A DNA stretch of 64,000 nucleotides from an uncultured Planctomycetaceae bacterium. GTDB lineage: Bacteria > Planctomycetota > Planctomycetia > Planctomycetales > Planctomycetaceae. Made by a program: the position numbers and the translations under genes. The stretch is taken from positions 62,001 through 126,000 of the forward strand of contig CAXBME010000001.1 of NCBI GenBank assembly GCA_963976765.1, given 5' to 3'. The notes below the pieces were generated by a model that worked only from the letters and a program-made list of their open reading frames with translations, did not search any database and was not told the DNA's origin. Positions 58,007-64,000 of this stretch are shown in pieces (position 1 is the stretch's first letter; the number at the start of each line of letters is the position of its first letter).

Positions 58007-59395
58007 ATGACGATGTTCACTGCCGAGCTTGACCAGACGATTGCGGCTGTGGCATCTGCTCCCGGAAGTGCTGGACGAGGGATCGTTCGAGTCAGCGGCG
58101 TTGACGCCGTCGCGCTGGTGGATCAGGTCTTTGTACCGAGCGAAACTGGTGGCGAACCAGCCAGCACGATTTCTTACCGCGCGGCGGGGGCTGTCACCGT
58201 TTCCGATTTTCCACCGGTACCAACGGACGCCTGGGTGTGGCCGACCGCTCGCAGTTATACCGGTCAGCCGATGGTTGAGCTTCATTTGCCGGGAAGTCCG
58301 CCGCTGCTCGAATGCGTGCTGGAAACACTGTTTGAACATGGTGTCCGTCCGGCACGAGCGGGCGAGTTTACTTTGCGAGCGTTCCTGGCCGGACGCATGG
58401 ATCTGGCTCAGGCTGAAGCCGTGCTGGGAGTTATCGACGCGGACGATCACGAAGAGCTGACGACCGCTTTGAATCAACTTGCTGGTGGTTTGTCCGGGAG
58501 GCTTCTTCAGTTGCGAGGTGACCTGCTGGAACTGCTGGCCGATATGGAAGCCGGCCTGGATTTCGTTGAGGAAGACATCGAGTTTGTTTCGCGTGAGGAA
58601 GTCATGCGGCGGCTTCAGCACGGGATCGACGTTATTCGGCAACTCGAACAGCAGGCGGATGGCCGCATGCTGTCAGATGATCGGCTGCGAGTCGTGCTGG
58701 CTGGGCTCCCCAACGCGGGCAAGAGCACGCTGTTTAATGCTCTGTCAAAATCTGACGATGCGATCGTTTCGTCGGTTGCCGGGACGACTCGCGATTACCT
58801 TGCGGCGAAGATCAGTTGCGGCAATTTAACGATTGAACTTGTCGACACGGCCGGTCTGGATCAGTCGGAATCGGGAATCGACGACGAGGCGCAGAAACTC
58901 GGCGGCGGTCAGGTCGGAGATGCCGATCTGGTTTTGTGGTGCTCGGCGATCGATGCTGCCGACGACGACCGAGCGGCGGACCGGGAGGCTCTTGAGAAAC
59001 TGAAGTCACGCCACGATCGAGTGGTTTTGATCGGGACTCGTGGAGATCTCAGAGACACTGCCGGCGACGGAACGGAACTCGATGCGCCGGTGGTAAGCGC
59101 GGTCAGTGGCGCGGGGCTGGACGAACTTCGCGAACTGGTTGCCGACAGTCTTTCACAACATTCACACGGAGAACGCCAGTTTGTTGGCTCGACTGCGGCG
59201 AGAAGTCGCGACAGCCTGCGTCGGGCCAGTGAGTCGCTGCAGCGAGCGTTTGATGCGGCTGACGGGCGACTCGGTGACGAACTGGTTGCGTTTGAAACTC
59301 GAGCGGGAATCGAGACGCTCGGCGAGATCGTCGGCACGATTTATACCGACGATCTCCTCGACCAGATCTTCAGCCGCTTCTGCATCGGAAAGTGA
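58007..59395 (+). CDS. mnmE: tRNA modification GTPase MnmE
   Basis: TIAAVAS, GEFTLRAFLAGRMDL, GLPNAGKSTL, GTTRD, DTAG, C-terminal FSRFCIGK. Confidence 0.96.
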   Translation: MTMFTAELDQTIAAVASAPGSAGRGIVRVSGVDAVALVDQVFVPSETGGEPASTISYRAAGAVTVSDFPPVPTDAWVWPTARSYTGQPMVELHLPGSPPLLECVLETLFEHGVRPARAGEFTLRAFLAGRMDLAQAEAVLGVIDADDHEELTTALNQLAGGLSGRLLQLRGDLLELLADMEAGLDFVEEDIEFVSREEVMRRLQHGIDVIRQLEQQADGRMLSDDRLRVVLAGLPNAGKSTLFNALSKSDDAIVSSVAGTTRDYLAAKISCGNLTIELVDTAGLDQSESGIDDEAQKLGGGQVGDADLVLWCSAIDAADDDRAADREALEKLKSRHDRVVLIGTRGDLRDTAGDGTELDAPVVSAVSGAGLDELRELVADSLSQHSHGERQFVGSTAARSRDSLRRASESLQRAFDAADGRLGDELVAFETRAGIETLGEIVGTIYTDDLLDQIFSRFCIGK

Positions 59396-59421
59396 TCGAT
59401 TTCGTTGCGATTGAGGCGAGG

Positions 59422-59883
59422 TCAGTCGCGGACCTGGACGATGGCTTCGACTTCGACCGAGATGTTGCCTGGCAGCGAGCCCATGCCGATGGCGCTGCGG
59501 GCGGCTCGACCGGGATCGCCGAAGACTTCAACCATCAGGTCGCTGAATCCGTTCATGACTTTCGGATGATTCTGAAAGTCCGGGGCTGCGTTGACCATGC
59601 CCAGCACTTTGACGATCCGGACGACTCGGTCCAGGTCGCCGAGGTTTGCTTTCAACGTGGCGATCATTGCGAGGCCGACCTGTCGGGCGGCGGCGTATCC
59701 TTCTTCTTCAGAAACTTCAGAGCCAACTCGTCCTCGCAGCATTTCGCCATCTGCTTTCAGCGGGCCATGTCCTGAGACATAGCACATGTCGTGCACCCGG
59801 ACGACGGGCGTGTAGTTGCCGCCAGGAGCCGGTGCTTCAGGAAGTTCGAGTCCGAGTTCTGCAATTCTCGCTTCAATACTCAT
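59422..59883 (-). CDS. RidA/YjgF/YER057c family protein
   Basis: MSIEARIAELGLELP, GNYTPV, YVSGHGP, NGFSDL, ARSAIGMGSLP, VEVE. Confidence 0.9.
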   Translation of the reverse strand: MSIEARIAELGLELPEAPAPGGNYTPVVRVHDMCYVSGHGPLKADGEMLRGRVGSEVSEEEGYAAARQVGLAMIATLKANLGDLDRVVRIVKVLGMVNAAPDFQNHPKVMNGFSDLMVEVFGDPGRAARSAIGMGSLPGNISVEVEAIVQVRD

Positions 59884-60199
59884 GTGGTCAGTTTCCAGTT
59901 TAGCTCGATGGTTCAGGTCGCGATGTGAGCATGCCATCTGCAAGGATGTCGCGTCACAACCGCTGATGCGTTGTTGTATGGTGAGGGGAGAGCATGTCGA
60001 ATTGAGTGTGCGAAATTCAAGCGGATCGCGGTCGTAGTTTTCGAGGCGGATCGGTGTGAGGAGCTTTTCTAAGAATCGAGTAATGAGCTGATTTGGCAAC
60101 TGTTCGTTGGCAAGTGGTCGGACTGCGGGCACAATTGCCCGCAAAGCGTGTCGAGCAGGTCTGCCATTAACCGTGTCCTTAAGGGTATGGGCGAGTCTC

Positions 60200-61714
60200 A
60201 TGACCGGCGAATTACCGATCAGTGAAATCAGGCAGTCGCAGGCTGCATTAAGAGATTCAGAGGCTTTATACCATTCGCTGGTTGATCAGCTTCCGATGTG
60301 TCTTTTGCGGAAGAGTCTTGACGGTCGGTTTACTTTTGCGAATCCTCAGTTCCTTGAGTTATCCGGGAAGACGGTCGACGCTGTCATTGGACAAACTGAT
60401 TTTGATCTTTTCCCCGAAGAGCTGGCTCGCAAATACCAGGCAGACGATCAGAAAGTGATCAGCACAGGGGAAACTCTCGATACGGTCGAGCGTCATCTCG
60501 TTTCAGGCAGTCGTGGCGAACTTCAGTATGTTCAGATTCTGAAATCGCCCATTTTTGATTCCGCCGGTCGTGTGATCGGGACTCAGGTTCTGTTCTGGGA
60601 TGTCACCGAAAAACACGTTGCGGAAACGTCGCTGCGGGAATCGACAGCGCTGAAGCGGGCGATTTTCGATTCGGCGCTCGACTGCATCGTTCTTGTTGAT
60701 CAGGACGGCGTCATTCTGGATGTGAATCGGAGTACCGAACATGTCTTCGGATTCAGTCGTCAGGAACTCGTCGGTTTCAGCATAGACGACACTCTGGTGC
60801 CGCCTGTCTCGCCGAGCAGAACGCCGTCGAGTCGGGACTGGTTTGGCGACGATCGCGAAGATGGAGCGTTGTCTGGGAAGCGAATTGAAATTTCGGCACA
60901 GCACAAAGATGGGCGCGCGTTTGATGTCGAAATGGCGATGCAGCCGATTCCGTACGAAGGCCGGACAGTCCTCGCCATGTTTCTGCATGACATCACGGAA
61001 AGAAAACGGACGGAGAAAGAGATCGCTCAAAAGAATAAGGATCTTGAGACGTTGCTTTACGTGACGTCTCATGACCTCCGTGAACCGCTGCGGGCGATTC
61101 GAAGCTTTACACAATTATTGGTAGACCGGGCTGGCGACAAGCTGAATGATGTCGAGCAGGGATTTCTGAACCGCGTCGTCGACGGTGCCGATCGGTTGAA
61201 CAGGCTGCTGGAAGATGTGCTGATGATGTCTCGTGCTCAGAGGGCGAACGAGGGAACTCAGCTTGTAGATTCGCGCATCGTGGTTCGAGACGTGATTCGT
61301 CAGTTCGATGTTCGGATCGCCGAAACTCAGGCGAATGTTCAGATTGTTGGCGTTTTACCAGAAATCCGTGTCGATCCACGGTGGCTGAGGCAGTCATTAT
61401 TCAACCTGGTCGGTAACGCCCTGAAGTTTCGGAAGGGCGGCGAACCGCCTCAGGTCGAAATCGCGACGTACGAATCGGATTGTGAAAATGACTCGGTGAC
61501 AGGGTTGGTTGTTCGAGACCGAGGTCCGGGAATTGAAGCGGAGCATTCGGAACGTGTGTTTCAATTGTTCCAGCGAGCGGTCGGACGTAAGGTGGAGGGC
61601 ACCGGAGCCGGGTTGGCAATTGTTCGACAGATATCAACACGGTATGGTGGCAACGCTTGGTATGAGCCGCGCGAGGGCGGCGGGTCTCAATTCACAGTTA
61701 CTTTCGAGCGGTAG
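60200..61714 (+). CDS. Soluble PAS-PAS sensor histidine kinase
   Basis: Two PAS/PAC domains (ending DVTEK and DITERK), H-box SHDLREPL, NLVGNALKF, DRGPGI, GTGAGLAI. Confidence 0.93.
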   Translation: MTGELPISEIRQSQAALRDSEALYHSLVDQLPMCLLRKSLDGRFTFANPQFLELSGKTVDAVIGQTDFDLFPEELARKYQADDQKVISTGETLDTVERHLVSGSRGELQYVQILKSPIFDSAGRVIGTQVLFWDVTEKHVAETSLRESTALKRAIFDSALDCIVLVDQDGVILDVNRSTEHVFGFSRQELVGFSIDDTLVPPVSPSRTPSSRDWFGDDREDGALSGKRIEISAQHKDGRAFDVEMAMQPIPYEGRTVLAMFLHDITERKRTEKEIAQKNKDLETLLYVTSHDLREPLRAIRSFTQLLVDRAGDKLNDVEQGFLNRVVDGADRLNRLLEDVLMMSRAQRANEGTQLVDSRIVVRDVIRQFDVRIAETQANVQIVGVLPEIRVDPRWLRQSLFNLVGNALKFRKGGEPPQVEIATYESDCENDSVTGLVVRDRGPGIEAEHSERVFQLFQRAVGRKVEGTGAGLAIVRQISTRYGGNAWYEPREGGGSQFTVTFER

Positions 61715-61908
61715 GTTCGAACAAATTTTCGCTGTGTTGTGCAGGTGTGTAAGGGAAAGTTTCTGTTCGTCTGAATTAAGGAAATGCGAGCTGGTTCGTT
61801 GTTGAGCATTAGCGGGAATTGATCGTGGTGTTGCCGGTCGGGTGTCACAGCGCTGCGGTATTCATCCCTGGCAGTCGGAAGAATAATCCAGCAAGGGGCT
61901 AACCAGAG

Positions 61909-62880
61909 GTGGTCGGATCTCAACAGGTGGAGATTCTGCTCGTCGAGAATGATGATCAGGAGTCTCAGTGGCTGAGCAACGCGTTCGAGGAAACCGGACT
62001 GATCCATGTCGTCCGAGTGGTTCCCGATGTCGCGGCAGCACTGACCATATTGCGCGGTTCTGATCGGATTACGCCGTCGTTGATCATGCTGGACATTCAG
62101 CGAGGAACGAATGCCGGCGAATTTGGCCTTGCACAGTCGTTGGAAGCTCTAGCCGAACTCAAAGGTGACGGCAGTCTTCGGTCGATTCCTGTCGTTATTG
62201 TCACGTCGAATAATCTGCAGGCTGACGTGCTTAACGCTTACAGTTGCGGAGCCAGTTCTTTTGTCTGCAAGCCAGAATCCGAGGCTGAGCGACGGACGCT
62301 GATCTCACGATTTTCGCAGTACTGGGCTCAGGTTGCTGAGTTACCCTGGACGAATCCGGACCCGGCCCGATTGCCAGTTCGGTGCTTTGAAGAGCTGGCC
62401 GAAGCTTATCGAGCCAGTGGCGAACGCCCCATTGAAATTCTGATTGTCGATGACAGCGAGGACGACGTTATTTTGCTGAAGGAAGCCTTTGGTGACTGTC
62501 CAATGGTCGAATTCATTGGTGCGGTCGAAGATGGCGAACAGGCGTTGCAGTTCCTTCGCCGGGAAGGCGAGTTTGGCGATGCGAAACGCCCGGGCCTCGT
62601 TCTGATGGACATCAACATGCCTCGCAAGAACGGGTTCGAAGTTCTGACTGAAATGCGGTCGGACGTTTTTCTGTCGAATGTCCCCGTCGTGATGCTTACG
62701 ACCAGCAAGCAGGAATCCGACATTCTAAGAGCGTACGAGGGCGGAGCCTGTTCGTTTATCGCGAAACCCGTCAGCTTTGACACGATGAAGTCGGTTGCCA
62801 GGCAGTTTGCTTTGTACTGGACGACTGTCGCAGACGTGCCGAAGGGTGAAGATTCAGATCTTCTGCCTGCTCCTTTGTAG
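61909..62880 (+). CDS. Response regulator made of two tandem Rcp1-type receiver domains
   Basis: EILLVEND...LIMLDI...VTS...FVCKP...YW and EILIVDDS...LVLMDINMP...LTTS...FIAKP...YW. Confidence 0.9.
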   Translation: MVGSQQVEILLVENDDQESQWLSNAFEETGLIHVVRVVPDVAAALTILRGSDRITPSLIMLDIQRGTNAGEFGLAQSLEALAELKGDGSLRSIPVVIVTSNNLQADVLNAYSCGASSFVCKPESEAERRTLISRFSQYWAQVAELPWTNPDPARLPVRCFEELAEAYRASGERPIEILIVDDSEDDVILLKEAFGDCPMVEFIGAVEDGEQALQFLRREGEFGDAKRPGLVLMDINMPRKNGFEVLTEMRSDVFLSNVPVVMLTTSKQESDILRAYEGGACSFIAKPVSFDTMKSVARQFALYWTTVADVPKGEDSDLLPAPL

Positions 62881-62996
62881 GGCCGCTTGCTGACGTGGTT
62901 CTTTGATCGGTGCCGCCGGTCGTGCCCTGGCTGGTTGTGAGCGGTTTCGGGGTCTGCCATACTCCGCCGCTTTCGCCATTCACCCAGTCAGGGACG

Positions 62997-64000
62997 ATGT
63001 TCATGCAGCAGCAGAGTATCCGCACGCATCAATTTGAGAACGGTTTGATGCTGATTGTGGAGGAGATGCCGGGGCTTCAGTCAGCGGCATTTTCGTTTCT
63101 TGTCCCGGCAGGAAGCATTTACGACGGAGCAGGAAAAAACGGCTCGTCCGCAATGCTCGCCGATTGGATTACCCGCGGAGCCGGCACTCGCGACAGTCGC
63201 GAACTGACAGCCACGCTCGATAATCTCGGCATTTCACATAGTCAGTCTGCTGGGTCTGAGAATATCACCTTCACGGCTGCCAGCGTGGCGGATCGAATCA
63301 CGGATGGCCTGGAGATTTTCGCCGACGTCATCCTGCGGCCTCACCTCGCTGAAGAGCAGTTCGAACCGGTTAAGCTCGGGGCGGAGCAGAGTCTCATCGC
63401 GACCGAAGACGACCCTCAGCGTAAAGCGATGGTCGAGCTGCGGAAGCGAAGTTTCTCAGCACCTTGGGGACTATCGTCGGACGGTTCCCTCGAAGATTTA
63501 CCCAACATTTCCGCCGCCGATGTTCGCGGGCATCACGAGCGATGTTTTCGTCCGAACGGTGCGATTCTGGGGGTTGCCGGTAACGTCGATGCGAAAGCCG
63601 TTATCGAAGCGGTCGGCAAGCACTTTGGCGAATGGAAGAAGAAGGGCGGGGCTGACGTTAAACCGGGTGACTGCGGTCCGAAACGTACTTTCATCGAGCA
63701 CGAATCCGCGCAGACTCACATCGGCATTTCGTACGACAGCGTTTCGTTTCCGGATCCGGATTACTACGCCGCATGGGCGGCAGTCAGCGTGTTGAGCGGT
63801 GGCATGAGTGCCCGGCTCTTTACCGAAGTCCGCGAAAAACGCGGGCTCTGCTACTCGGTTTACGCCAGCCAGTCGTCGTTAAAGCACGAAGGCCGAGTTC
63901 TCTGCTACGCCGGAACGAGCAACGAGCGCGCTCAGGAAACTCTCGATGTCACGCTGCAGGAACTGAAGCGGCTGGGCGATGGCATCGACGAAAGTGAGCT
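62997..64000 (+). CDS. M16 family peptidase, probably non-catalytic subunit; runs off the right window edge
   Basis: Manual translation MFMQQQSIRTHQFENGLMLIVEEMPG...VPAGS...SAMLADWITRGAG (no HxxEH), later LSGGMSARLFTEVREKRGLCYSVYA. Confidence 0.88.
   Translation, partial: MFMQQQSIRTHQFENGLMLIVEEMPGLQSAAFSFLVPAGSIYDGAGKNGSSAMLADWITRGAGTRDSRELTATLDNLGISHSQSAGSENITFTAASVADRITDGLEIFADVILRPHLAEEQFEPVKLGAEQSLIATEDDPQRKAMVELRKRSFSAPWGLSSDGSLEDLPNISAADVRGHHERCFRPNGAILGVAGNVDAKAVIEAVGKHFGEWKKKGGADVKPGDCGPKRTFIEHESAQTHIGISYDSVSFPDPDYYAAWAAVSVLSGGMSARLFTEVREKRGLCYSVYASQSSLKHEGRVLCYAGTSNERAQETLDVTLQELKRLGDGIDESE

Overview
Bacterial chromosomal segment, almost certainly Planctomycetota: it carries DUF1501, a planctomycete cytochrome c (DUF1592-type) gene next to DUF1552, Uma2 paralogs and a truncated SecA paralog. 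Left to right: (1) a minus-strand flagellar operon (TPR protein, FlgN-like, flgB, flgC, fliE, fliF, fliG, fliH, fliI, fliJ, MotE/FlgY-like, fliK, flgD) that stops at flgD and is followed by a DUF1501 gene; (2) a nitrogen-themed cluster (C-N hydrolase, stand-alone PtsP-type GAF, stand-alone Fis/NtrC HTH, Ser/Thr kinase, amtB with a sigma54 promoter); (3) MpaA-like peptidase, gcvT, Uma2, lipoprotein msrB, SprT-like protease, an atypical ExbB/ExbD-like pair and an enolase-superfamily gene; (4) dnaX-ybaB-recR, rpoN, aroK, prepilin peptidase, DUF58, esterase, HAD, thioredoxin lipoprotein, SPFH/zinc-ribbon pair and an orphan mraZ; (5) a decayed patch with a di-heme cytochrome c pseudogene and a damaged Uma2; (6) cytochrome c/DUF1552 pair, dnaG-rpoD, SecA paralog, mnmE, RidA family, PAS histidine kinase, tandem receiver protein and a partial M16 peptidase. 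The best sequence-level signal is an A10 run in dnaX with stop codons in both shifted frames (likely tau/gamma recoding). The strongest system-level hypotheses are a TPR + FlgY-like motor scaffold, a split GAF/Fis/kinase nitrogen module and a TonB-less ExbBD-like motor. No rRNA, tRNA, CRISPR array or intact mobile element was recognised. All calls come from motif recognition by eye; no searches were run.
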